DNA of 64,000 nucleotides from Candidatus Latescibacterota bacterium (GTDB taxonomy: Bacteria > Latescibacterota > UBA2968). A model generated the notes under the pieces. It had not been told where the DNA came from. It worked only from the letters and a program-made list of their open reading frames with translations, and ran no database searches. Shown in pieces: positions 50,501 through 60,232 of this stretch. The DNA lies in assembly GCA_965204375.1 (NCBI GenBank), contig OZ241986.1, positions 3,136,001-3,200,000 of the forward strand, written 5' to 3'. The position numbers and the translations under genes are program-made. Each line of letters starts with the position of its first letter. The stretch's first letter is position 1.

Positions 50501-52108
50501 TCAAAACGTCGCGCCACCAAAGCGCTTGCGGAGTCGATTGCGAACCAGAATCGCCACCAGATTCAGAGCCAATACAATACCCATCAGCAACAAGGTCGTC
50601 GTATATACCATGGGGCGAGCCGCCTCGACATTGGGCGACTGGAAACCCACATCGTAAATGTGAAAACCCAGATGCATAAATTTGCGTTCCAGGTGAAAAA
50701 AGGGCCAGATACCATCCACGGGCAATGCAGGAGCCAATTTCACAACGCCAGTAATCATCAACGGAGCCACTTCGCCAGCACCGCGCGCGATCACGAGAAT
50801 AATGCCCGTGAGAATGCCCGGCAATGCGCCGGGCAAAACCACGCGCAAAATGGTCTGCAATTTGGTCGCCCCCAGTGCCAGCGACCCGGCACGTACATCA
50901 CTCGGCACGGCAGAAAGCGCTTCTTCGGCCGAAACAATCATCACCGGCACTGTCAACAATGCCAGCGTTAGCGAAGCCCACAGAATGCCGCCAGTGCCAT
51001 AAGTGGGCGTGGGCAACGCTTCGGGAAAAAAGAGTTGATCGATACTTCCGCCAATGCCGTAAACAAAAAATCCCAGTCCAAACATACCAAAAACAATAGA
51101 AGGTACGCCCGCCAGATTATTAACCGCAATGCGAATCACTCGAACTAAGATACCTTGCCTGGCGTATTCGCGCAAATAGAGCGCGGCTAAGATGCCAAAT
51201 GGCACAGCCGCCAAACTCATCAGAAAAACCATCATAACAGTGCCAAAGATTGCAGGAAATACACCGCCCTCTGTATTGGACTCGCGGGGTTCATCAAATA
51301 AAAATTCCCCAACGCGCGAAAAATAAACGCCCGTTTTTCCCAAAATTCCCAGTTGATTGGGACGATAAACGCGCACGACATCGGCCGTGGCAATCTGCCG
51401 CACCTCGCCGCTAATTAACCGCACATCTATGCGATAAATCTCGTTGGCTTCACGCAATTGCGCCAATTGGTCGGCCAATTGTTCATAAGCTTTCCAATAG
51501 GACCTGCTCTCTCGATCAATTGCGCCAATTTCATCGGCATTTCCATCACCTAATTCTATCTCGCGTTTTTTTAGTCGCAGGCTTTCAATTTGCCGATTTA
51601 AGTCGCCAATAGCATCTTCTTCAATTTGACGAATCTGTTCGTGTCGTTCCCGGGTATTATCCAATTGCGCTTGTAGCATATCCCATGTATTCGACACCTG
51701 GGTTTCACCTTCGTACAGAGCTTCGATAAACCCGTAAAAATTGCCCCACTCGCGCCGCTCAAAAACCACCGCATCTACGGGATAGTCTGTCGATTGAATA
51801 TCCGATTCATCAATCCATTGAAAATCGCTGCCATACACATCGCGATTGCCCACTTTGAGCTGAATGCGAAATTGCCCAGACCCCGTTCGATGCGACGCGG
51901 GAATTTCCTGTTTGTCCCACCGCTGTCCCATCGCCTTTCGATCATCTTTGAGTATCACTGCTTCGATATTCGAGGGCCAGAAAAATCCAGTGCCATTGTA
52001 CAAAACCAGCGCGATCAGCCCTGTAATCATAAGCAAACAAAGTGCCAGCGCACTGCCGGTCAACCAGATAAATGGCACACCTGTTTTCCAAAAATTTTTC
52101 ACATCCAT
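50501..52108 (-). CDS. pstA: Phosphate ABC permease PstA (long form)
   Basis: GGVFPAIFGT, NLAGVPSIVFG, SLALGATK, ARGAGE.AP. Confidence 0.95.
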   Translation of the reverse strand: MDVKNFWKTGVPFIWLTGSALALCLLMITGLIALVLYNGTGFFWPSNIEAVILKDDRKAMGQRWDKQEIPASHRTGSGQFRIQLKVGNRDVYGSDFQWIDESDIQSTDYPVDAVVFERREWGNFYGFIEALYEGETQVSNTWDMLQAQLDNTRERHEQIRQIEEDAIGDLNRQIESLRLKKREIELGDGNADEIGAIDRESRSYWKAYEQLADQLAQLREANEIYRIDVRLISGEVRQIATADVVRVYRPNQLGILGKTGVYFSRVGEFLFDEPRESNTEGGVFPAIFGTVMMVFLMSLAAVPFGILAALYLREYARQGILVRVIRIAVNNLAGVPSIVFGMFGLGFFVYGIGGSIDQLFFPEALPTPTYGTGGILWASLTLALLTVPVMIVSAEEALSAVPSDVRAGSLALGATKLQTILRVVLPGALPGILTGIILVIARGAGEVAPLMITGVVKLAPALPVDGIWPFFHLERKFMHLGFHIYDVGFQSPNVEAARPMVYTTTLLLMGIVLALNLVAILVRNRLRKRFGGATF

Positions 52109-52118
52109 CTCCAGAACA

Positions 52119-54347
52119 TCAAATCCTGCTATACTTCTCGCGCAAACGCTGCCGCACCACTTCAGCCAGTGTATTGACCAAAAAAGTAAGCGCCGCCAGC
52201 AAAACCCCTGTCAAAAACAACACGCGATAAAGCGTACCTTCATGGGGTGCTTCGGGAATCTCCACGGCGATATTGGCCGACATAGTCCGCATGCCATTAA
52301 AAATGGTCCAATCCAGAATCGGCGTATTGCCCGTAGCCATCAACACAATCATCGTCTCGCCCACAGCGCGGCCAAAACCAATCATAGTCGCGGAAAAAAT
52401 ACCCGGGCTCGCCGTGGGCAACACCACGCGGATAGCCGTCTGCCAGGGCGTTGCGCCAAGCGCGAGTGATCCAGCGCGCAGATGCTGCGGTACACTCGAC
52501 AGAGCATCTTCGCAGATCGTGTAAATAATAGGCACCACGGCAAATCCCATCGCAAAGCCCACCACGAGACAATTGCGCTGATCGTAGCGCGTACCCGTTG
52601 TGCCGAGCAGCCAGCTTTGAAAATTGCCGCCGAACAAAAGCGATTCGGCTACTGGACCGAGTGCAAACGACAGATAGAGCGCGACCAACGCGATGCCAGC
52701 CAGCAAAGTTAGAATCCAGTGATCCGGTACTCTGCGTGCAAAATCCTCAGATATCTGCCCCCAGCCCCAGGCGCATATCACCACAACAATGGGCACACAG
52801 GGTAATAACAACAGCGCACCAACAATTCTCGTTTCCAGCAGCGGAGCCAACCACAAACCAGCCAAAAATCCCAAAATCACGCTGGGAAGCGAGGCCATCA
52901 ACTCCACCACAGGTTTGACCACACCACGCACGTTGGGAGACGCAAAATCCGATGTGTAAATCGCTGCCAGAACAGCCAGAGGCAGCGCGAATAACATGGC
53001 GTAAAGCGTGCCCTTAAATGTGCCAAATACCAGGGGTACGATACTCAACTTAGGCTCAAAATCATCCGACCCGCCCGTGGATTGCCACACGTATTGAGGC
53101 TCCGTATATCCCTCGTACCACACTTTGCCAAAAAGTGTTTGTAACGTCACTTCGGGATGTGGATTTTGAAGGTCGAAATCCGTTATCTGCCCCGACCTGC
53201 TCACAGTCAAAAAGCCATTTGCTTTTGGCGCGAAAGCCATGGTTTGGATGGGGCCATCACCGCGCAATTGAAAAAACGTTTGTTCCGATGTCATGTGATG
53301 CAACGCAACCATCCCCGATACATCGCTCGATAAAAACTGTTTGTCGCGAGCAGACGACGCCAGTGCAGTCACCGCCATCTGATGAGACTGCAAAGTGTGG
53401 ATCTTTTTGAACATCTTTTTATTGTCGTCCTCACCCGTCCTGACGGGCATCCAGACGGACACATGACCGCCCACATCGCCCACAACGAGCGACACATCAC
53501 CCAGCACAAAATCCAGCGCAGTCACCTCCTGATCGGAAACCCGAAAATAATCCAACAGCCTGGGATTGGAACTCGCCCGTCCGATTTCCCACCGAAATAC
53601 TTCACCGCGGTCTGTGCCCACCAGAACATAGCGTCCCGACTTCACCACGGCCCCCACTCTGGCGCGCCCTTTGATCTCAGCGGTCAAATCGTATCTGCGA
53701 ATCGTCGTTTTGCCATCACCTAAAAGACCGCGCTGTGTTTCGGAAATTCCCAAAACGAGTTGCCCGGAATCCGAAATGCCAAGTACTGTGCCTCGGGATT
53801 TTCCATCGTGCCGAAATACGAGATGCACAAGAGCCTTATCAGTTAGATTCATCGACGACTCAACGGAAAAAGACGGCGTCACAATCTGCTTTCCCTCCGC
53901 ATCGTAATCCACGGCAAAATTCACGCGGCAGCCCAGCATTGTACCGTCATCCAGACCCAGGCCAACATGCGTGTTATCCAGAGCGCGATAAGCTACCTGA
54001 ATGCGCCGTCCCTGTAGTTCAGGGGGATACACAGACTTTGTCACTGATTTTGTGCTCATATCCACAAAATCAATCCCCGCTTCATGCACGACAAACATCA
54101 CAGCCTGATAGGGGTCAACCCCCGTACACAGGACGGGCTGACGGTGCGAAAAATCAAAAGTATGCGCCCTGGACACGCTCGGCTTCAAAAACAGGGGATA
54201 GGACTCCATCAACACAAAAAGAAAAATGCCCAGCACCGACAGGATCACCCCGATGCCGCCGGCAGTGATCACCCACTGCCCGGTGCGATCCATCAGGCGT
54301 GCGCCTGGCGTAATACCGGGCAATTGTCGCTTTGATGCTGATTCCAT
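52119..54347 (-). CDS. pstC: Phosphate ABC permease PstC with large WD40-like extracytoplasmic domain
   Basis: ELMASLPSVILG, SLALGATPWQT, GRAVGETM. Confidence 0.93.
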   Translation of the reverse strand: MESASKRQLPGITPGARLMDRTGQWVITAGGIGVILSVLGIFLFVLMESYPLFLKPSVSRAHTFDFSHRQPVLCTGVDPYQAVMFVVHEAGIDFVDMSTKSVTKSVYPPELQGRRIQVAYRALDNTHVGLGLDDGTMLGCRVNFAVDYDAEGKQIVTPSFSVESSMNLTDKALVHLVFRHDGKSRGTVLGISDSGQLVLGISETQRGLLGDGKTTIRRYDLTAEIKGRARVGAVVKSGRYVLVGTDRGEVFRWEIGRASSNPRLLDYFRVSDQEVTALDFVLGDVSLVVGDVGGHVSVWMPVRTGEDDNKKMFKKIHTLQSHQMAVTALASSARDKQFLSSDVSGMVALHHMTSEQTFFQLRGDGPIQTMAFAPKANGFLTVSRSGQITDFDLQNPHPEVTLQTLFGKVWYEGYTEPQYVWQSTGGSDDFEPKLSIVPLVFGTFKGTLYAMLFALPLAVLAAIYTSDFASPNVRGVVKPVVELMASLPSVILGFLAGLWLAPLLETRIVGALLLLPCVPIVVVICAWGWGQISEDFARRVPDHWILTLLAGIALVALYLSFALGPVAESLLFGGNFQSWLLGTTGTRYDQRNCLVVGFAMGFAVVPIIYTICEDALSSVPQHLRAGSLALGATPWQTAIRVVLPTASPGIFSATMIGFGRAVGETMIVLMATGNTPILDWTIFNGMRTMSANIAVEIPEAPHEGTLYRVLFLTGVLLAALTFLVNTLAEVVRQRLREKYSRI

Positions 54348-54349
54348 AA

Positions 54350-54444
54350 GAAGTGTGAAGTGTGAAGTGTGAAGTGTGAAGTGTGAAGTGTGAAGTGTGA
54401 AGTGTGAAGTGTGAAGTGTGAAGTGTGAAGTGTGAAGTGTGAAG
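54350..54444. repeat. Heptamer microsatellite (GAAGTGT)x13
   Basis: 13 perfect copies plus GAAG, ending 2 nt before the pstC ATG. Confidence 0.97.
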
Positions 54445-54447
54445 GCG

Positions 54448-54712
54448 ATCCGCAGAATGAAGGCGAGTAATTCGAGCCTGAACGCAGAACGCGAGTAATT
54501 TGAGCGTTTTACTGAGCGTTTTACGCAGATAAAAAAGAGGGGCTGGAGGGTTGATGCGGGCTAACCACTAACCACTGACTGCTAACCGCATAACAGCCTT
54601 TGAGAAGGGTGAAGGGTGAAAGGCAGGTGAGACGTGAGAAGGGTGATGAGGCAGTAGCCCTGGGGCGGTGTTGGGTGGACTTCTTACTTCTTACTTCTCA
54701 CTTCTAACTTTC
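54448..54712. repeat. Mosaic of degenerate short repeats in the pstS-pstC spacer
   Basis: Reverse copy of the composite element (ATCCGCAG...CGCAGAT...GAGGGGCTG...CTAACCA repeats), GTGAAGG units, and (CTTCTTA)n at 54680-54712. Confidence 0.75.
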
Positions 54713-55672
54713 TTACTGTAACTTTTCGAGTTCTTCTTTAACCACCTGATAGGGCACGGGCATATAGCCATCTTTAACCACAATCGCTTGCCCTTCTTGG
54801 GAAAAAATGAACTTACAAAACTCCCTCACGAGAGGATCGAGAGGTTTATTGGGTGCCTTGTTAATGTACAAATACAAAAAACGCCCCAGAGGATAAGATC
54901 CATCTATAACATTTTCTATCGTGCCCTCTCTAAAGGATTCGCCAGTTTCCAATGCCAGAGGTACGACGCGCACGCCAGATGTCTTGTAACCAATGCCACT
55001 ATAACCCATGCTATACCTGTCTTCGGCCACGCCCTGCACCACCGAGGCAGACCCGGGTTGCTCTTTTACTTCATCTTTGAAATCGCCCTTAAACAGCGCG
55101 TGATCTTTGAAGAAACCATAAGTACCCGATGCGGAATTGCGCCCGTAAAGACTGAATGCGGCATTTTTCCAATCGCCTTCCAAACCCAACTGCCCCCATC
55201 TCGCAATATTTTCCTTATATTCACCGCGGCGCGTCTTGGAAAAAATCGCATCTACCTGCTGCAAAGTCAACCCTTTTAGGGGATTGTCTTTATTGACAAA
55301 AACAGCCAGTGCATCCAGCGAAGTTCGCAACACTGTGGGTGGATAGCCAAAATGCTTTTCAAATTTGTCTATCTCCGAAGCCTTCATCGGACGCGACATA
55401 GGCCCGAATTGCGCGGTACCTTCAATCAGCGCGGGAGGCGCAGTACTCGACCCCTTACCCTCGACCTGAATTGTCACACTGGGATAGTGTTTGCGAAAGC
55501 CTTCCAACCACAGCGTCATCAAATTATTCATCGTATCTGACCCAATGCTGTTGGTACTTCCTGAAATCCCACTCACTTTTTGATACGCGGAAACAGGCGA
55601 ATCCTGCTGTGCCTGAGCCGTAGCCTGTGTTAAAACAGCCACACATGCAATCATATAAATAAATCTGGTCAT
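54713..55672 (-). CDS. pstS: Phosphate-binding protein
   Basis: GSDTM, GKGSSTA, PMSR, GRNSASGT, YPLGRFLYLY. Confidence 0.96.
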   Translation of the reverse strand: MTRFIYMIACVAVLTQATAQAQQDSPVSAYQKVSGISGSTNSIGSDTMNNLMTLWLEGFRKHYPSVTIQVEGKGSSTAPPALIEGTAQFGPMSRPMKASEIDKFEKHFGYPPTVLRTSLDALAVFVNKDNPLKGLTLQQVDAIFSKTRRGEYKENIARWGQLGLEGDWKNAAFSLYGRNSASGTYGFFKDHALFKGDFKDEVKEQPGSASVVQGVAEDRYSMGYSGIGYKTSGVRVVPLALETGESFREGTIENVIDGSYPLGRFLYLYINKAPNKPLDPLVREFCKFIFSQEGQAIVVKDGYMPVPYQVVKEELEKLQ

Positions 55673-55735
55673 TCAATTTCCTCTCTGTTATGCGACTTAC
55701 TGCGTTATAGAATGCAAAAAATAAACCTGTATCGC

Positions 55736-55774
55736 GTTACAATTATGTGACGAAAACACGACATTTATGTGATA
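55736..55774 (-). promoter_or_regulatory. Pho-box-like array upstream of pstS (4 units)
   Basis: Plus-strand GTTACA 55736, GTGACG 55747, ACGACA 55758, GTGATA 55769. Confidence 0.7.
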
Positions 55775-55782
55775 ACCCCTGC

Positions 55783-56736
55783 TCAAAACCTAACATATAG
55801 CGTCAGCCGGGGAATCATCTCAATATCTACATCTGGAGCCTGAAAATTTGTGGCCATCACATTGGGCATAATGTGAATATCCTTTACCGGCTCAATGTCA
55901 AGCCCTCCGAGAAAGCAATATTCCCCATCGTCGTCAGACTTATCGTCTGGATCAAAAAAATCGCCGCGAGCAAACACCTTTATCTTCTCGCTAAACTGTC
56001 CTGCGCCGAACAGTGAAAGCCCCCGCACCTGTGCGGTATGGTTGCGCCATTGCACAAAGCCTTCCAATCCACCGTGGAAATTTTTCTTTTTCAATCCGAT
56101 AAACGTAGCAAAAGTCGTGCGATCTCGATTATCTGGGCGTTTTTCCCAATCTACATAAGTCGTCACATTCAGGGTACCGGGATTAAAATGCAGCAGACCG
56201 TAAACTTTCTTGTATTGATCTGTCTCGGACTGCTGCCCGCTGCCATTGGCCAGCATAATCTGGGCATTTAACTTTCCAGCTTCATCCAATCGCGTGCGAT
56301 ATGCAATGCCTATATCAGCCGAAGAGGCAACCTTTTTTCGATCCATGAGGGTCTTCTCGACCGAGCGATACCCCCAAACAGACTCCGATACGTTCCATGT
56401 TGGCGTACCCGACAGTCCCATATAGAGCGCATGGCCATTTTTGCGATAGCGCAAATACGCGTGCTTTACAAAAGGTTCTATTTTCTTTTCACTATTAAAT
56501 CCCGCATCTTTGGCCTCCAGCCGAACCCGTCCAGAAAAAGCATCATTCCACTTCAGGTCATGGGTGAGATAAATGCGTCGAAACCGAAAGCCATTCTCTT
56601 CTTCTCCATTTCCCCTGACGATATAATAATCGGCAAACATAACACCCTGAAGCCTGGTATCTACAGCTTCACTCCGTCCCGCCAATACAAAACCCAAACA
56701 CAACAGTATTCTCCAAATTGCTTTACAAATGCACAT
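55783..56736 (-). CDS. Outer-membrane porin, probably phosphate-selective
   Basis: Signal peptide, GFRFRRIYL (OprO/P-like F..RR), beta strands, terminal F; directly upstream of pstS. Confidence 0.75.
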   Translation of the reverse strand: MCICKAIWRILLCLGFVLAGRSEAVDTRLQGVMFADYYIVRGNGEEENGFRFRRIYLTHDLKWNDAFSGRVRLEAKDAGFNSEKKIEPFVKHAYLRYRKNGHALYMGLSGTPTWNVSESVWGYRSVEKTLMDRKKVASSADIGIAYRTRLDEAGKLNAQIMLANGSGQQSETDQYKKVYGLLHFNPGTLNVTTYVDWEKRPDNRDRTTFATFIGLKKKNFHGGLEGFVQWRNHTAQVRGLSLFGAGQFSEKIKVFARGDFFDPDDKSDDDGEYCFLGGLDIEPVKDIHIMPNVMATNFQAPDVDIEMIPRLTLYVRF

Positions 56737-56796
56737 GTGCTCTCCCTTCGAATAGGCAAATAAACGGCGTTCTCCGCGACAAGACATCGCCATAGT

Positions 56797-56857
56797 GTTA
56801 CAAATCACCTACAAAATCGTTACGGATCAGTCACGGAATTGTGACATTTGTGTTACA
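56797..56857 (-). promoter_or_regulatory. Pho-box-like array upstream of the porin (6 units)
   Basis: Plus-strand GTTACA 56797, CCTACA 56808, GTTACG 56819, GTCACG 56830, GTGACA 56841, GTTACA 56852. Confidence 0.75.
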
Positions 56858-56958
56858 AATGCGCCATTTCTCCCATTCTCCAGGGATTTTTCGGAGAAAA
56901 TCAAACTTGTGACCTTGACATCTCCCCAACGCTCTCCTCGCCTCGCAAACCATTGCTT

Positions 56959-56997
56959 TGTAGCCAAATCGTAACTCATTTGTAACTCCAACTCAAC
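56959..56997 (+). promoter_or_regulatory. Pho-box-like array upstream of the divergent TonB receptor (3-4 units)
   Basis: TGTAGC 56959, CGTAAC 56970, TGTAAC 56981, CTCAAC 56992. Confidence 0.65.
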
Positions 56998-57091
56998 ATA
57001 GTCAAACTAAATTCGCACAGAATTATAAAGAACACTTACTTCTGTCGCGGAAGTTGTGGTTTAAACCGTATTAATGAAAGGATACGTCGTT

Positions 57092-59878
57092 ATGAAAAGA
57101 ATGTTATTGCTCTTACTTGCTCTTGGTTTCACCAGCGTTTCAATCCAGGCACAGGACATGGGCAAAATCCAGGGTGTTGTCGTGGATGCAGAAACAGGAG
57201 AACCGCTCATCGGCGCCAACATCGTCATCAAAGACGAAACTGGCGTACCAATGTATGGCACCTCCACCGACCTCGATGGTCGCTTTGTCCTCGCGGCTCC
57301 AACAGGCACGCACAACGTCGAATTTAGCTACATCTCTTATGCCACAAAAACAGTCACCGACGTCGAAGTCAAAACCGACGCCCCCACATCAATCAATATT
57401 TCACTGCCGCCAGAGGCCATGCAGGCCGATGAAATTGTCGTCACGGCCAAAGCCGTACAAGACAGCGAAGTATCGATGCTGGGCATTCAGCAAAAAGCGC
57501 CCGTGGTCACGGACGGCATCAGCGCCGAATTGATGAGCCGCGCCGCGTCTTCCGATGCGGGCGATGCACTCAAGCGCGTAACGGGGATCACCATTGTAGA
57601 TAAATTCGTGTACGTGCGCGGCCTGGGCGAACGCTATAGCAACACGCAAGTCAATGGCGCAGATATTCCCAGTCCCGAGCCAAACAAACGCGTTGTACCC
57701 ATGGACATTTTCCCCGCTGGCCTTCTCGAAAATATCCAGGTATCCAAAACCTTTTCTCCCGATCAACCAGGAGATTTTTCAGGTGGCTCCGTACAGATCA
57801 AAACCCGCGACTTTCCCAGCGAATTTACATTTTCGGTTTCCACATCAGCCGGGTATCACAGCCAAACCAGTTTCAAAGATATTCAGACCTACGATGGAGG
57901 CTCCTGGGACTTTTTGGGTGTGGATGACGGCACGCGTTCTCTGCCCGAACAGATCAAAACTCAGGCAGCTGAGGAACCAGTGCGCAAAAGTGGGCGTTTT
58001 ACCCCAGAAATCGGATTTTCCTCTGAAGAAATCCAGCAATTTGGGCAGGCTTTTGCCAACGTATGGCAGCCCAAAACCAGAACCGCACCAGTCAATCAAG
58101 GCTATAGCATCAGCATTGGCAACGCCATTGGCGGAAGCGAACGGGAACTCGGTTATGTATTCTCATTTACTTATGACAACAGCTTTAACAATAGAAGTGA
58201 AAACTGGAACTCCTTCCGCATCACTGCTGACGCATCGGGCGAACAAATACTCACGCCTTTTACCTCGTATGAAGTAAATAGCACGACCAACAATATTCTG
58301 TGGGGCCTGTTGTTCAACAGTAGCCTGCGGTTATCTCCCCTCCATAAAATCAGCTTAAAAACCCTCTTTAATCGCAACACCGACAACGAGGCACGAACCT
58401 ACACCGGTTACAATTCTGACCGGGGCACTGACCTCCGCGACTTCCGCTTGCGATTTGTCGAACGCGGTATTTTCACGGGGCAACTGTCTGGAGAGCATCA
58501 CATTCTCAATTCCAATATCGATTGGCTGTACAGTCTATCCAAAGCCACACGCGACGAACCCGATAACCGCGAAGTACTCTACGAAGACCGCAACGGCAGT
58601 TGGACCTTTTTTGACATCACGCAAAGCGGCAGCCGCTTCTTCTTTGATCTGATTGACAATGCCCAAAGTGGCAAAATCGATTGGACAATTCCCTTTACGG
58701 GTTTCAACAGTCTCTCTTCTAAAATTAAACTGGGTGGCAAAGCTCTCTCCAAAGACCGCACCTTTGATGCCCGCCGCTTTCGCTTTGAGCAATCCAGCGG
58801 CATCCGGCGACACGTTGATCTGACACTCGACCCCGAAGAAATTTTTATTTCAGACAATATCGCGCCCGGTCGATTTGAACTGCGCGAAACCACCCGCAAT
58901 GTCGATAACTACAGTGCCTCGCAGACCACCCGGGCAGCTTACGCGATGACCGACCTCCAGTTCTCTGGCCAATGGCGTTTTGTGGGAGGACTGCGCGTTG
59001 AGCAATCCAAACAGGAACTTACATCCTTTGATCCTTTTAGCACCACTGTTGACCCTATCCAGGTAACTCTGGACAATACAGATCTCCTGCCCGGACTCAA
59101 TCTGGTCTATAAACTGAATGACCGCACCAATTTCCGCACGGCTTACTCGCGTACATTGGCGCGTCCGGATTTTCGCGAACTCGCGCCTTTCGAATTTACG
59201 GACTTTATCGGCGGACGGGCGGTCTCGGGCAATCCCGAACTCCAGCGCAGTTCCATCGACAATTTTGATTTTCGATTCGAAATGTTTCCGCGCCTGGGCG
59301 AACTGGTAGCGATCAGTGCTTTCTACAAAAAATTCCACGATCCCATTGAGCAGATCATTCGCCCCACCGCACAACTCAGTGTCACATTTCAAAATGCCAA
59401 AGCAGCAACAAACTACGGTGTCGAATTTGAATTTCGGCGCCGCCTCGACATACTATCCCCATCCCTTGAACCCCTATCCATCAACACCAATGTCACACTG
59501 GTCAAATCGCAGATTGAAATCAATCCCGACATTGGCGTTCAGACATCCAACGAACGCGCCCTCCAGGGCCAATCTCCCTATGCGGTCAACGTAACCCTCG
59601 GCTACGACAAACTCAATCAAGATTTTCAAGCCAACATGCTCTACAATGTATTTGGCAGACGGATCAGCGAAGTAGGCGCGCAGGGGTTGCCCGATGTTTA
59701 TGAACAACCCCGACATCAACTCGATTTTAATATGAAGAAAAAATTCGGTCACTTCGCGTTAAAGGTATCGACGAAAAACTTGCTCGACAGTAAAGTACTC
59801 TTTAAGCAAAAGGAAGGCGTTTTCCGAGAATACAAGATCGGACGCTCCCTCTCGCTTGGCATAAGTTATGAATACTAA
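57092..59878 (+). CDS. TonB-dependent receptor
   Basis: Signal peptide, ALKRVTG...YVRGLGERY...P.D.FP plug, ARPDFRELAPF; ends GISYEY. Confidence 0.94.
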   Translation: MKRMLLLLLALGFTSVSIQAQDMGKIQGVVVDAETGEPLIGANIVIKDETGVPMYGTSTDLDGRFVLAAPTGTHNVEFSYISYATKTVTDVEVKTDAPTSINISLPPEAMQADEIVVTAKAVQDSEVSMLGIQQKAPVVTDGISAELMSRAASSDAGDALKRVTGITIVDKFVYVRGLGERYSNTQVNGADIPSPEPNKRVVPMDIFPAGLLENIQVSKTFSPDQPGDFSGGSVQIKTRDFPSEFTFSVSTSAGYHSQTSFKDIQTYDGGSWDFLGVDDGTRSLPEQIKTQAAEEPVRKSGRFTPEIGFSSEEIQQFGQAFANVWQPKTRTAPVNQGYSISIGNAIGGSERELGYVFSFTYDNSFNNRSENWNSFRITADASGEQILTPFTSYEVNSTTNNILWGLLFNSSLRLSPLHKISLKTLFNRNTDNEARTYTGYNSDRGTDLRDFRLRFVERGIFTGQLSGEHHILNSNIDWLYSLSKATRDEPDNREVLYEDRNGSWTFFDITQSGSRFFFDLIDNAQSGKIDWTIPFTGFNSLSSKIKLGGKALSKDRTFDARRFRFEQSSGIRRHVDLTLDPEEIFISDNIAPGRFELRETTRNVDNYSASQTTRAAYAMTDLQFSGQWRFVGGLRVEQSKQELTSFDPFSTTVDPIQVTLDNTDLLPGLNLVYKLNDRTNFRTAYSRTLARPDFRELAPFEFTDFIGGRAVSGNPELQRSSIDNFDFRFEMFPRLGELVAISAFYKKFHDPIEQIIRPTAQLSVTFQNAKAATNYGVEFEFRRRLDILSPSLEPLSINTNVTLVKSQIEINPDIGVQTSNERALQGQSPYAVNVTLGYDKLNQDFQANMLYNVFGRRISEVGAQGLPDVYEQPRHQLDFNMKKKFGHFALKVSTKNLLDSKVLFKQKEGVFREYKIGRSLSLGISYEY

Positions 59879-59925
59879 TCCGCAGATGAACGCAGATGAA
59901 CGCAGATGAACGCAGATGAACGCAG
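59878..59925. repeat. 10-bp tandem repeat (CGCAGATGAA)x4
   Basis: ATCCGCAGATGAACGCAGATGAA... starts at the receptor stop codon. Confidence 0.92.
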
Positions 59926-59986
59926 TAAAGTTAAGTATGCAACAAGAGATAGAATAGGTCTGCTTTCTCTCCCTTTCTCCCAGGCG

Positions 59987-60010
59987 CAGGGTGGCGGCTA
60001 TGCCACCCTG
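59987..60010. repeat. REP-like hairpin
   Basis: CAGGGTGGC-GGCTAT-GCCACCCTG. Confidence 0.55.
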
Positions 60011-60232
60011 TAGCGGAAGTAAGAGAGGAGAAATCCCAAACCAACATTAGTTGAGAGTTTCATCATCGGGCCAAAACAGATCATCGCATTTGGCGTAGTC
60101 GCGGGCGCCATTTAGCACATTAAGGGTGACAGACAATAAGACAGGATAAGCCCCCTATATCCTGTCTATATACTGTACATCCTTAACATTTGATCTACAC
60201 AGGCTCATCACTCAAAATGAAAGGACACACTT

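Noticed and set aside
54350-54444. Possible CRISPR array
   Set aside because: Pure 7-bp tandem repeat with no spacers and no cas genes.
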